64,000 nucleotides of DNA, from the NCBI GenBank assembly GCA_965248355.1, contig OZ252098.1:2400001-2464000 (forward strand), in the 5' to 3' direction. Shown piece after piece: positions 39,998 through 50,044 of the stretch. A model generated the notes under the pieces. It was not told where the DNA came from. It did no database searches and saw nothing but the letters and a program-made list of their open reading frames with translations. Position 1 is the first letter of the stretch, and each line of letters starts with the position of its first letter. Made by a program: the position numbers and the translations under genes. Source of the DNA: Candidatus Latescibacterota bacterium. Lineage in GTDB: Bacteria; Latescibacterota; UBA2968; UBA8231.

Positions 39998-41115
39998 AAC
40001 CGGTCCGGCCACCACATGTGCGCCACGCGCAGCGGGAAGAGTCCGCGAGCCACCTCCAGGGCCGCCCGGGAGCCGCGCATCAGGCCCGCCACCGCGGCGT
40101 CGTCGGCGCCGCGGTAGCCCATGGCCAGCTGGAACAGCACCGCCTGATCGGGGACCCGCAAGCGGGGTTCGTCCGCCGGGGGCCGGCCTTCCACGTGCAC
40201 GCTGCCGTCACGGCGGCGGCGCAGGGCCACGGCACCCAGATCGGTGTGCAGGGCGATCCCGTTCAGGCCGTCCGCCGGCCACCTCCGCTCCCACTCCGGA
40301 ACCATGGCCGAGATGAACCCCGGCAGGTCGATGATGCGGCCCATGGGGCCGGCGTTGCGGGGGTACACGGTCTCGTCCCGGGCGCCGAATCCGCGGCCGT
40401 ACAGGGCGAAGGGGTGATCCACCGGCACGCTGGCCGAGACCCGCCCGAGCCGCAGGGCGAGAGCCCGCCGGGCCAGGAACCTGAGGATGGCGCCATTCAC
40501 CTCGGCGCCCTGCCCGGCGACCTCGGCGAGACGGCTGCGGTCGGACTCGTCGTCGTAGAGGAAATAGCCGAGCACCCGCTGCGGCGCTCCGTCGCGGTGG
40601 ACCACGCGGGCGGCGCCGGCCACACCGAATCCGGAGCCCATGGGGAAGCCCTGCCACTTCCGGTCGCGCACCACCGAGGCGGTGCGCCCGGCGTTGGCGG
40701 CCCCGTAGAGCCGCCGCACAGCGGCCAGGTCCCCAGTGCGCATGGGCCGCGTCTTCAGCGGCGAGACGGCGCGCCGGGCGTCGGCCGCGGCCAGGGACAG
40801 ACCGTGCTCCGGCATGCAGGTGGCGAAGCCGGCGCGGTGGTAGAAGTCCTCGATGCCGAACAGGAAGGAGCTCTCGTAGCCTTCGTCCGCCATCAGCTGC
40901 AGCGACCGCTGCAGGACGCGCAGCGCCAGGCCGCGCCGGCGATGGGCGGGGTCCGTGCCGACGCCGGCGATCCCCCCGACGCGGACCACGGCGGACCCGA
41001 TGCGCATGCGCCGGTCCGTGATCCACAGCCGCGAGACCGACCGGCCCCGGTGGAGGATCTCCACCTTCCAGCCCGTCCCGCCGGCCCGCTCCACCCGGGG
41101 CTCGGCGTAGCTCAC
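39994..41115 (-). CDS. GNAT N-acetyltransferase (Eis-like)
   Basis: GGIAGVGTDPAHRRRGLA, LFGI..FY.R.GF, C-terminal WWPDRF. Confidence 0.85.
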   Translation of the reverse strand: MSYAEPRVERAGGTGWKVEILHRGRSVSRLWITDRRMRIGSAVVRVGGIAGVGTDPAHRRRGLALRVLQRSLQLMADEGYESSFLFGIEDFYHRAGFATCMPEHGLSLAAADARRAVSPLKTRPMRTGDLAAVRRLYGAANAGRTASVVRDRKWQGFPMGSGFGVAGAARVVHRDGAPQRVLGYFLYDDESDRSRLAEVAGQGAEVNGAILRFLARRALALRLGRVSASVPVDHPFALYGRGFGARDETVYPRNAGPMGRIIDLPGFISAMVPEWERRWPADGLNGIALHTDLGAVALRRRRDGSVHVEGRPPADEPRLRVPDQAVLFQLAMGYRGADDAAVAGLMRGSRAALEVARGLFPLRVAHMWWPDRF

Positions 41116-41123
41116 CCCCCGGG

Positions 41124-42653
41124 TCAAGGGGCGTAGAAGTTGCGCGACCCGTACTGGAAGAAGATGGCGCGGCGGTCCTGCTCCCCGGTCCAGGGGTAGG
41201 CGCCGTGGGTCTGGGCCGAGGCCAGGAAGAACAGGACGTCCCCCGCCTCCATCTCCACGTGGCGCACGAGCCCCAGCTCGTCCTCGCAGGTGAGCAGGCC
41301 GTCGGGCGCGCGGTAGCGGGCCTTGTGGCTTCCGGGGACGCAGACGAAGCCGCCGTCGGCGGCGGTCACGTCGCGCAACTGCCAGGCGACGTTGAGGACC
41401 TCGGCGTAGACGCGGCCGTTGCGCTGCCGGTAGTGGGCGCTCACCCTCGGCGGCCCCCCGCCGGCATGCAGCAGGTGCCCGGAGGAGCCCTTGCCGAAGA
41501 GGAAGCTGGTGCACAGCGCGGCCTCGTAGCCGCTGCCCATCATCCAGTTGAGCCGCTGCACCAGGGCGGGGTCGGCGATCATGCGCTGAAAGGGCTCCCC
41601 GTGGGGCGCGGGCAGCTTCCAGGGGTTGCCCAGGGACAACCGGTGGCCGCCGGTCCCGGCCAGCCGCGTGGAGTGCCCGGCCGCCGACCCGCCCCTCTTC
41701 GGACTGGAGTTGGCATGGGCATCGATCGCCTCGTCGGCGGCGGCGAGCCACTCGGCGTCCATGACGCCGCGCACCACGAGGTGGCCGCACAGGTCCCAGT
41801 GGAAAAACTCCTTCTCGTCGATGCCGCAGGCCTCGTCGCGGGTGTAGATCGAGGGGTGGTGGACGCCCCCCTCCTCCTCGAGCCAGGCTCGCTCGCCGTC
41901 GGACATCACCACCGGCGGCGGGTACGGCCGGTCCGGGTTGTGGACCAGGGCCCGCTGCTCCGGCGTCAGCGACGCCCTCCACTCCTCGTTGCCGTCGTCC
42001 TGACCGCGGATCTCGGAGCCGGCCGAGGGGCGCACGTTGGAGCTCACGTAGCCGCAGGACAGCAGTCTCCGGGGTCCCTGCCCCCGCCAGGGCCGCAGGC
42101 CGCTCAGGAGCGATGCGGCGCAGATCATCAGGTCGCCGGCCCGCAGCGCCGGCTGCCTCACCAGCCCCATGTCGTCGGCGCCGGTCACCAGGTCCCGCGG
42201 AGTCTCCACGGAGCTGTTGTGGCTGGCGGGCACGACCACGAGGCCGCCGTCCCCCTCGGCGGCGTCGGCCAGGGCCCAGACGACGCGCACGGCGCGACTG
42301 AGGGACTCCCGGCGCTCGCCGTAGGCCCGCGACCAGTCCAGGGGCTCGCCGCCGCCGGACAGGGCGGTGCCGCCCGCCTCGGCGCCCACCCCCAGCAGGC
42401 GCGGGGACTCGTCGATGCGGAACTTGCCGCAGATCTGCTCCAGGTAGCCGGCGAGCACCGGGTGGTGGCGCAGGGCCAGCAGCGGCGCGCCGGCGGGCTC
42501 CGACCAGCGCAGCGGACCCTCCACGGGCCCGAGGCGGTCGAGGGCCCGGTTGCAGGCGGTCAGCTCCGCCGAAGTCAGCACGCCGGGCAGGACCAGGTAT
42601 CCGCCCACGTCGAGCTGGTAGCGCTCCTCCTCCGTCAGCTTCCGTTCCTCCAT
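41124..42653 (-). CDS. Tandem two-domain PhyH-family dioxygenase
   Basis: Two repeats: D..GYLVL.GV...GDGG...VPASH and DLCGHLVVRGV...DGGFVCVPGSHK...AGD...THG. Confidence 0.85.
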   Translation of the reverse strand: MEERKLTEEERYQLDVGGYLVLPGVLTSAELTACNRALDRLGPVEGPLRWSEPAGAPLLALRHHPVLAGYLEQICGKFRIDESPRLLGVGAEAGGTALSGGGEPLDWSRAYGERRESLSRAVRVVWALADAAEGDGGLVVVPASHNSSVETPRDLVTGADDMGLVRQPALRAGDLMICAASLLSGLRPWRGQGPRRLLSCGYVSSNVRPSAGSEIRGQDDGNEEWRASLTPEQRALVHNPDRPYPPPVVMSDGERAWLEEEGGVHHPSIYTRDEACGIDEKEFFHWDLCGHLVVRGVMDAEWLAAADEAIDAHANSSPKRGGSAAGHSTRLAGTGGHRLSLGNPWKLPAPHGEPFQRMIADPALVQRLNWMMGSGYEAALCTSFLFGKGSSGHLLHAGGGPPRVSAHYRQRNGRVYAEVLNVAWQLRDVTAADGGFVCVPGSHKARYRAPDGLLTCEDELGLVRHVEMEAGDVLFFLASAQTHGAYPWTGEQDRRAIFFQYGSRNFYAP

Positions 42654-42734
42654 CAGACGATCCCTCCCCTCCTTCGTGGGCCGGTCCTCCGCCCTCTGGC
42701 GGAGCCGGAGCCTGTACGCGAGACTTGGTAATCT

Positions 42735-42992
42735 ATGTCGGATTTCGACCTCGGACTCCAGCGCATCGTCGACGGCCAGGGCCTGCCCATCGCCATGGCG
42801 GGCATGACCATCGTCTTCACGGCGCTGCTCCTCATCAGCCTCTTCATCGCCCTGCTGCCCCGCATCCTGGCGGCGGTGGCCACGCGGTTCCCGGAATCGG
42901 TGCCCCACGCGCCCCTCCGGGTCGAGCCGCCGAGGGAGGACCTGGCCGCCGTCGCCGCCGCGGCCTGGGCCTACACCCGAACCCGGGCCTGA
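42735..42992 (+). CDS. oadG: Na+-transporting oxaloacetate decarboxylase gamma subunit
   Basis: GMTIVF..L TM helix and AAVAAAA tail; upstream of the beta subunit. Confidence 0.85.
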   Translation: MSDFDLGLQRIVDGQGLPIAMAGMTIVFTALLLISLFIALLPRILAAVATRFPESVPHAPLRVEPPREDLAAVAAAAWAYTRTRA

Positions 42993-43002
42993 AGCCGGCG
43001 CC

Positions 43003-44130
43003 ATGAGCGTCCTCTTCGAGTTCCTCGGCACCACGGGGTTCGCCACCATGACCTGGGGCAACGTCCTCATGGTCGTGATCGGCCTGATCTTCATCACCCT
43101 GGCGATCACCAAGGACTACGAGCCGCTGCTGCTGCTGCCCATCGGCTTCGGCGCCATCGTCGGCAACATCGCCTCGATCCCGAGCATGGCCGTCGGCGTC
43201 TACGACGAGGGCAGCGTCCTCTACTACCTGTACTTCGGCGTCAGCCAGGGCATCTACCCGCCGCTGATCTTCCTCGGCATCGGGGCCATGACCGACTTCT
43301 CCACCATGCTCTCCAACCCGCGGCTGGTGCTGCTCGGGGCCGCCGCCCAGGTGGGCATCTTCCTGACCCTCCTGGGCGCCCTCTACCTCGGCTTCACCCC
43401 CGAGGAGGCGGGCGCCATCGGCATCATCGGCGGCGCCGACGGACCGACGGCGATCTTTCTGTCGGCCAAGCTCGCCCCGCACCTGATCAGCGCCATCGCC
43501 ATCGCCGCCTATTCCTACATGGCCCTGGTGCCCGTCATCCAGCCGCCGGTCATGCGCCTGCTGACGACGCGCAAGGAGCGCCTCATCCGCATGCCGCCGC
43601 CGCGCCAGGTGTCGCGCCGGGAGCGCATCGTCTTCCCCATCGCCGCCTTCCTCATCGCCGCCGTCATCGCCCCCGGCTCGCTGGCCCTGGTGGGCATGCT
43701 GATGTTCGGCAACCTGCTGAAGGAGAGCGGCGTCACCGAGCGCCTGGCGGAGACGGCGCGCCACGCCTTCGTGGACACCGTCACCATCCTCCTCGGGTTC
43801 TCGGTGGGGGCCAGCACCCAGGCCCAGGTCTTCCTCACGCCCCAGTCGGTGCTGATCTTCGGCCTCGGCGCCCTCTCCTTCGCCATGGCCACCGCCGGCG
43901 GCGTGCTCTTCGCCAAGTTCCTCAACCTGTTCACCGAGAACAAGATCAACCCCCTCGTCGGCGCCGCGGGCGTGTCGGCCGTTCCCGACTCGGCGCGCGT
44001 GGTCCAGATGCTGGGCCACCAGGAGGATCCCCACAACCACCTGCTGATGCACGCCATGGCCCCGAACGTGGCCGGCGTCATCGGCTCGGCCATCTGCGCC
44101 GGCATCCTGTGGTCGGTCATGGTGAAGTGA
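43003..44130 (+). CDS. oadB: Na+-transporting decarboxylase beta subunit
   Basis: EPLLLLPIGFG, IFLGIGAMTDF, GIIGGADGPT, NPLVGAAGVSAVP, HAMAPNVAGVIGS. Confidence 0.95.
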   Translation: MSVLFEFLGTTGFATMTWGNVLMVVIGLIFITLAITKDYEPLLLLPIGFGAIVGNIASIPSMAVGVYDEGSVLYYLYFGVSQGIYPPLIFLGIGAMTDFSTMLSNPRLVLLGAAAQVGIFLTLLGALYLGFTPEEAGAIGIIGGADGPTAIFLSAKLAPHLISAIAIAAYSYMALVPVIQPPVMRLLTTRKERLIRMPPPRQVSRRERIVFPIAAFLIAAVIAPGSLALVGMLMFGNLLKESGVTERLAETARHAFVDTVTILLGFSVGASTQAQVFLTPQSVLIFGLGALSFAMATAGGVLFAKFLNLFTENKINPLVGAAGVSAVPDSARVVQMLGHQEDPHNHLLMHAMAPNVAGVIGSAICAGILWSVMVK

Positions 44131-44131
44131 T

Positions 44132-46063
44132 ATGACGAAGAAGGTCACATTCATGTGCACCGCCTTCCGCGACGGATTCCAGTCCGTGTACGGAGCGCGT
44201 GTGCTCACGCCCGATTTCCTTCCCGCCCTGGAGGCCGCCCGCGAGGCCGGCATCGACTACTTCGAGGCCGGCGGCGGGGCCCGCTTCCAGTCCCTCTACT
44301 TCTACTGCAACGAGGACGCCTTCGACATGATGGACGCCTTCCGGGAGACCGCCGGCCCGGAGGCGAACCTGCAGACCCTGTCGCGGGGCGTGAGCGTGGT
44401 CGGCCTCGACTCGCAGCCGAGCGACATCATCCGGCTCCACGCCGACCTCTTCGCCCGCCACGGCATGACCACGATCCGCAACTTCGACGCCCTCAACGAC
44501 GTGGACAACCTGGTCCACTCGGGGCGCTGCATCGTCGAGGCCGGCCTCAAGCACCAGGTCTGCGTCACCATGATGGCCCTGCCGCCGGGATGCCGCGGCG
44601 CCCACGACCCGGCCTTCTATACGGGGACCTTGCGCAAGATCCTCGACGCCGGGATCCCCTTCGACTCGGTCTGCTTCAAGGACGCCTCCGGCACGGCGGT
44701 GCCGGCCACCGTCTTCGAGACCATCGTGCAGGCCCGGCGCCTGCTGCCCGAGGGCACCTTCATCCACTTCCACACCCACGAGACCGCCGGCATCTCGGTG
44801 CAGGCCTACAACGCCGCCCTCGACGCCGGCGCCGACGCCATCGACCTGTCCCTGGCGCCGGTCTCGGGCGGCACCTGCCAGCCCGACGTGCTCGTCATGT
44901 GGCACGCCCTGCGCGACACCGAGTACGACCTGGGCATCGACGTGGACAAGGTCCGGGAGGCGGAAGAGGTCTTCAAGGAATGCATGCGCGACTACTACCT
45001 GCCCCCCGAGGCGGTGGCCGTGGAGCCCATGATCCCCTGGAGCCCCATGCCCGGGGGCGCCCTGACGGCCAACACCCAGATGCTGCGCGACAACGGCATC
45101 ATGGATCGCTACCCGGAGATGATCCGCGCCATGGGCGAGGTCGTCGAGCGCGGCGGCTTCGGCACCTCGGTGACGCCCGTCTCCCAGTTCTACTTCCAGC
45201 AGGCCTTCAACAACGTCATCCTCGGCCCGTGGGAGCGCATCGCCGACGACTACGGCCGCATGGTCCTGGGGTACTTCGGCAAGACCCCGGTGCCGCCCGA
45301 TCCCGAGGTCGTCGCCCTGGCCCGCGAGCAGTTGGGCCTGCAGCCCACCGACCGGCCGCCCCTGGAGCTGGACGACGCCAACCCGAAGAAGGGCGCCGGC
45401 CCCGCCCGCCAGCGGCTGGCTTCCGAGGGGCTGAAGACCACGGACGAGAACATCTTCATCGCCGCCGCCTGCGGCGACAAGGGCATCGCCTTCCTCAAGG
45501 GCGAGGCCGAGTTGGGGATCCGCAAGCTCGACGGTGCGGCGCCGGAGCCGGCTCGCGCTGCACCTGCGCCAGCGGCGGCGGCCCCGGCGCTCGCACCGGC
45601 ACCATCCACACCGCCCCCGGCACCCGCTCCTGAAGGGCCGGCGTCCTACTCCGTCAAGGTGGAGGGCCGCTCCTACACGGTCGTCGTCGACGGGGACCGC
45701 GTGCGGGTGGGGGACAAGACCTACGACGTGACCGCGGACGAAGGCGGTCAGCCCGGGGCGGCCGAGAGCGCGCCCGCCCCGGCGGCCGCCGCCCCGGCGG
45801 AGGGCACGGCACCCCCCGCCGCGCCCAGCGCCGCCGGGAGCGACACGGTGCCCGTGGAGTCGCACATGCCCGGCAAGGTGGTGCGCATCGTCGCCGAGCC
45901 CGGAACCGTGGTCGGCGACGGCGACACTGTGCTCATGATCGAGGCCATGAAGATGGAGGTGCCCGTGGCCTCGCCCGTGAGCGGCACCGTCGTCTCGGTG
46001 GCGGTTTCGGCGGGAGACCAGGTCGCCGAGTCGCAGGTGCTGGCCGCGGTGCGGCCGGACTGA
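44132..46063 (+). CDS. oadA: Oxaloacetate decarboxylase alpha subunit (carboxyltransferase + biotinyl domain)
   Basis: FRDGFQS, FKDASG, HTH motif, PGG, SVTPVSQ, Pro/Ala linker, EAMKM biotinylation site. Confidence 0.92.
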   Translation: MTKKVTFMCTAFRDGFQSVYGARVLTPDFLPALEAAREAGIDYFEAGGGARFQSLYFYCNEDAFDMMDAFRETAGPEANLQTLSRGVSVVGLDSQPSDIIRLHADLFARHGMTTIRNFDALNDVDNLVHSGRCIVEAGLKHQVCVTMMALPPGCRGAHDPAFYTGTLRKILDAGIPFDSVCFKDASGTAVPATVFETIVQARRLLPEGTFIHFHTHETAGISVQAYNAALDAGADAIDLSLAPVSGGTCQPDVLVMWHALRDTEYDLGIDVDKVREAEEVFKECMRDYYLPPEAVAVEPMIPWSPMPGGALTANTQMLRDNGIMDRYPEMIRAMGEVVERGGFGTSVTPVSQFYFQQAFNNVILGPWERIADDYGRMVLGYFGKTPVPPDPEVVALAREQLGLQPTDRPPLELDDANPKKGAGPARQRLASEGLKTTDENIFIAAACGDKGIAFLKGEAELGIRKLDGAAPEPARAAPAPAAAAPALAPAPSTPPPAPAPEGPASYSVKVEGRSYTVVVDGDRVRVGDKTYDVTADEGGQPGAAESAPAPAAAAPAEGTAPPAAPSAAGSDTVPVESHMPGKVVRIVAEPGTVVGDGDTVLMIEAMKMEVPVASPVSGTVVSVAVSAGDQVAESQVLAAVRPD

Positions 46064-46143
46064 GGGCGGCGAAGCGTCAGGGGCAGTACGTGCAGACTCG
46101 CGGCTCTCCTGCCAAGCCTGGCTCGCTGATCGTCGAGATCCAA

Positions 46144-46362
46144 GTGGCAAGCGAAACCCCTCAATACCGTCATTCAGTTAGTGCGCAAGGGCGAAGTGAG
46201 AGTATCTGCCCATGGATACGATGAGATTGCGGCGGAGCCGGGCAAGCGATTCACATTGTGTGGGGCATCCCGGCTGGACATGCCTCACCCGCCGTTGTAG
46301 TGACGGCCTATCGCCCCAATACACAGGATTGGGCGGAAGGTTACATGAGGAGGCGAACATGA
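46144..46362 (+). pseudogene. DUF4258-like toxin remnant with internal deletion near 46237
   Basis: N-terminus VIQLVRKGEVRVSAHGYDEIA joins out of frame to C-terminus AIHIVWGIPAGHASPAVVVTAYRP...W; stop overlaps the next ATG. Confidence 0.65.
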
Positions 46363-46574
46363 CGAGCAGAGCGACTACGAGACTGGTGCGCGCCGGCGAG
46401 TACGCTGCTGAGGTAGAGGTGGAGCTGATCGAAGGGGACGCCGGATGGCCGCCCTATCTGTCGGTGGGAGACGCCGAGAAGCTTGATGATGTCCGCGAGG
46501 CTCTAAAGGTCGGTGACTTGGAGCATGCGGCTCAAATGGCTCGGGTGTTCCGCCTTACCCCCATTGAGGCGTAG
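46359..46574 (+). CDS. Small conserved protein, putative antitoxin partner of DUF4258
   Basis: GEYAAEVEVELI...WPPYLS..DA.KLDDVREAL..GD...A...RVF.LTP; SD GAGGAGG. Confidence 0.7.
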   Translation: MTSRATTRLVRAGEYAAEVEVELIEGDAGWPPYLSVGDAEKLDDVREALKVGDLEHAAQMARVFRLTPIEA

Positions 46575-46669
46575 CACAGTGACCGGTTTCTCGCCGCGCA
46601 GACCTGACGGTCCGGCGATTGCGCCCGATCCGTCTCCCCGATCCGAGCGAGCTCGCGGCGGGTTGACGG

Positions 46670-48758
46670 TCAGATCACACCGAAGAGATAGGCGATCTTG
46701 CTGAACGCCGCCTTGGTGCGATCGTGATCCCGAACGAGTACCAGGTAGAAGTGACTCTCCGGGGTGAACTCGTAGTCGAAGACCGTGTTGAGGTTGTCCC
46801 TCGTCGAGTCGTCCATCTGCTCGATGGCTCGCTCGTGGAACAGCCGAAGACCGACGCGGCGGGTGAACTGGTAGTTGGTCGTCGTGCGCAGGACGAGCGT
46901 CTCCCGCCGGCCGCGCCAGTCGAAACGGTCGGCAGCCAGGCTGATCGTCAGCCGGCGAAACAGGTTGGCCCTGGCGTCCAGACTGCCAAACCAGGTGAAG
47001 GCACCCTGACGAGTACCCATCTGGTTGTAGACACTGACGAAACCCCATGTCGAGGTGTATTCGAGGATGGCCCCGGCGAACCGGGTGTTCCAGAGGCGTC
47101 CGGCTGCCCGCAGTTGTCCGACCCGGGCCCGGGAGAAGAAGCCGAAGCGGCCTACATCGAGCGATCCCTCGGCCTGGGCATACTGCTGGCGCAGAAGACC
47201 GGTCTCGTCCGTCTGCCGAAACACCCGTCCGCGAAGCAGGAGGGCATTCAGTGTGCTGCCTTCTGGAGTAGGTGTCGAGGAAGGCAAAGGTGCCCCGGGC
47301 GCGGCGGTATGCCTCGTCCTCCAGACCGGTCTCGTTGGGCCGGAACCCTGCGCGGATCTCTTCGAGTTCCACGAAGCCACTGAAGCCCGACTGGTTGCGC
47401 CAGTTGGTCGAGGCGTGATAGGCGTAGTGGTGGCTGCCGCCGGCGGAGTTGCCCACGAACTGGCCCGTGGCCGTCCAGTCGCGCCCCAGACCGACCCGGC
47501 CGTTGAGGGACAGGAGGCCCACGTCCCGGTCGTCTTGGTGCTTGTGGACCGCCATGGCGCCGATGACGGTGCGCTCGCCGATGTCGCGGTTGAGGCGCAG
47601 GTTGACGAGGTTGGCGCGCCGCTTGGCATCGCCGTCGTAGCGGTCGATGACCTTGCCGTAGGTGTTCAGGGCGGCCCACGTGTACCCGCCCGTTTTTCCC
47701 GTGGCCTTGACGCCCAGATCGATCTCCTGCACCCGCCGCGTGTAGAACAGGCGCAGGGGCAGATCGAAGAGTTCCGCTCCGTCGCGGAAGAAGGGCCGGC
47801 GTTCGGGCAGGGACAGCTCGCGGTCGTCGTTGACGTTGATCAGCGTCGGGTCGCTCTCCAGTTGCGAGAAGTCCGGGAACACCGTCAGGTTGCCGATCAG
47901 GCGGCCCGAGGGCTGGTAGATCAGGTCGACGCCGGCGTCTCCATCGTCGGGGCGGCCCTGGAGAGCGCGGTAGCTGGCGTAGGGCAGGAGATCCAGGCGG
48001 GCCGTCCCTGTTGCGGCCGGAATCAGCTCGAGTCCCCGCAGCTCGCCGAACTCGGATACGCTGCCGAAGGCACCGCCCGTGTCGGACCAGGAGTAGGACT
48101 CCTTGTCGATGGGGCGGGCCCTCCAGAAGTTCACACCCCAGGTCGTGATTTCCTCATCGTATTGCAGCTCCGCCAACGGTATGGCGAGCTCGGCGGTCCA
48201 GTGATCCGGGTGCTTCTGCACCTCCGCCTCCCACGAGGCATCCCAGGCAAAGGTGAAGGAGCTCTCGTTGCTGATGCGCTGGTCCATCTGGGTCGCCAGG
48301 GTGTTGATGCCGAAGACGTAGGCATTGCGGCGGTCGTGGTAGGTGTCGAAGACGACCTCGACGGCGTCGTCGGTCCAGATCCGGGTGTCGCGTCGGGTCA
48401 GGGTTTCCCGGAGCCGGGTCATGTCCGGCTCCCAGCATCGAAAGCCTACATAGATCGCTGCGGCATCGTAGAGGACGAATGCCTCCGTGCGGAGCCGTGC
48501 GGGCATGCCGCGAGTCTGCTGGGCGCGGAAGAAGTCGCCGGCCACCTCGGCTCTCTGCCAGGCCGGCTCGGAGAGGTGGCCGTCGATGCGCGGCGGCTGA
48601 TCGACGCGCAGGGCCGTTACGGTGCGCGAAGGCGTTTCCGCCGATTCAGCGGGCGTCGGGAGGGCTGCAAGGAGAAAGGCCCAGCATGCGGCCAGCGCGA
48701 TGGGCAACCGGGCAGCGCTCCAAACGCCTCGCGAAGACTCTGAAGAGGACGGGACCAT
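46670..48758 (-). CDS. CBM9-like + DUF5916 outer-membrane protein, one apparent frameshift near 47267
   Basis: PRIDGHLSEPAW, YD...YVGF, WTAELAIP, WGVNF, PDFSQLESD, ERRPFF, LFYTRR; C-terminal FSKIAYLF in the second frame. Confidence 0.8.
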
Positions 48759-48929
48759 GTCCCCAATGGCTATGCGCGGACCTGCTACAATGGCAACAGG
48801 TAATTCGGCTCCATCAGGCCGCGCCCCACCGGCCCGCAAGAAGTGGCCCAGGCCCTCAGGACCGTCAGAGAACAGGTAGCCGCTGGCTCGGTTCCTCCCG
48901 GACCCTGCGACCCAGCGCTCGGCGAATGG

Positions 48930-48958
48930 TTGCCACTGTTCACACGAGCACATACCTT
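48930..48958 (+). promoter_or_regulatory. Candidate sigma70 promoter (Pc-like) facing the cassette array
   Basis: TTGCCA-17 bp-TACCTT, about 55 bp upstream of the attI-like core. Confidence 0.4.
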
Positions 48959-48993
48959 CCCACAACCAGCAGATACTCGCGATTTCCCGAACC

Positions 48994-49020
48994 AACTGTT
49001 CGCCTATTGGACAGTTATGC
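48994..49020 (+). other. Candidate attI-like integron recombination site (core GTTATGC 49014-49020)
   Basis: The GTTRRRY-like core is exactly complementary to the R'' box GCATAAC of the next attC; no upstream attC hairpin. Confidence 0.5.
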
Positions 49021-49098
49021 GGCATGGGGGTTTTAGGGGCGATTGGCGGTGCCAGAGGGCACTAAGACCGTGGTGACTACACAGAGGACCAACCATCG

Positions 49099-49479
49099 AT
49101 GGAGACTGAACTTATTGCCGAAGATCGGGAATTCCTACAGAGCCTGGAAGAAGAATTGTGGCGAGAGGAAACGCGTTTCGACTTATCGAGAATGGAGAAA
49201 GTCATCGCCGAGGACTTCTTCGAGTTTGGAAGGTCTGGGCGTATCTACCAGCGCGCCGACACGCTTTCGGTACCTTCAACATCCATAGAAGCGGTGATTC
49301 CGCTTCCAGACTTTGATGCGCGTCTTCTTTCTGAAGGTGTCGCCCAGGTAACGTACAATAGTGTCGTCACCTACGGCGAAAATATCGAGGAGGCACGAAG
49401 GAGCTCAATCTGGACACGGTCGTCTGGTGGTTGGAAGCTGAGGTTCCATCAAGGGACACCATTTTCGAGTGACGATTGA
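49099..49479 (+). CDS. DUF4440/NTF2-like protein (cassette 1)
   Basis: LEEELWR.ETR, AEDFFEFGRSG, RRSSIW, WKLRFHQGTP; AT-richer codon usage. Confidence 0.88.
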   Translation: METELIAEDREFLQSLEEELWREETRFDLSRMEKVIAEDFFEFGRSGRIYQRADTLSVPSTSIEAVIPLPDFDARLLSEGVAQVTYNSVVTYGENIEEARRSSIWTRSSGGWKLRFHQGTPFSSDD

Positions 49480-49570
49480 GCGAGCTTCTCAATTTGTCCT
49501 CAATCTTCGGTAAAAGTGCAGAAGTTGCTGTGCTGTCAGGATCCTCTTGGGTCCCAAAACCCCCACGTCC

Positions 49571-49655
49571 GCATAACACGACCGTGCGTGGCTCGGCGTA
49601 TTCGCGCCTCCGCCCAACTGCCTGCGGCAGTTCGCGCACAGCGGGAACGTTAGGC
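49571..49655 (+). other. attC site 1 (85 bp)
   Basis: R'' GCATAAC ... R' GTTAGGC; inner CGTGCG/CGCAC.G pairing; internal hairpin AACTGCC-tgc-GGCAGTT. Confidence 0.8.
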
Positions 49656-50044
49656 GAAAGCGAAGGAACTTGGTTAGATTGTGATCAAATCGTGAGTGTC
49701 GGCTGGGCGGGGGTGGCGTCGAACAGGGCGGGAGAGGGGAGCATGGGTGGACTCGAGATCGTCGGGCAAGAGGGGCTCACACAGAGAGATGGATCATGTC
49801 CTTGCTACGTGATTCGCCACCGTCCGTCGGGCGAGGGAATCGTAGGTTCGGAGGCTGTGGTCCTCAGGTTGGTTTTCGACCCAGAGCACTGGTCGGTGGC
49901 GCCGTCCGGCTATGGGTATTTTTCGGACTTTGCATCCCGAGAAGCACGGGGCCGAGGGAGTGTCGAGCGGAGCGCCAGACGGCCACCCCGCCCCCCGAGC
50001 CCGCAAGGGTTGCCCTCTTCGACCCGGATGCAAGGTAGGCCATC

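Noticed and set aside
45535..45840. GC-rich low-complexity repeats in oadA
   Set aside because: They encode the ordinary Pro/Ala linkers of biotin-carrier proteins.
48988..49014. LexA box near the attI-like site
   Set aside because: Spacings are CTGT-N11-ACAG and GAAC-N5-GTTC, matching neither the N8 nor the N4 consensus.
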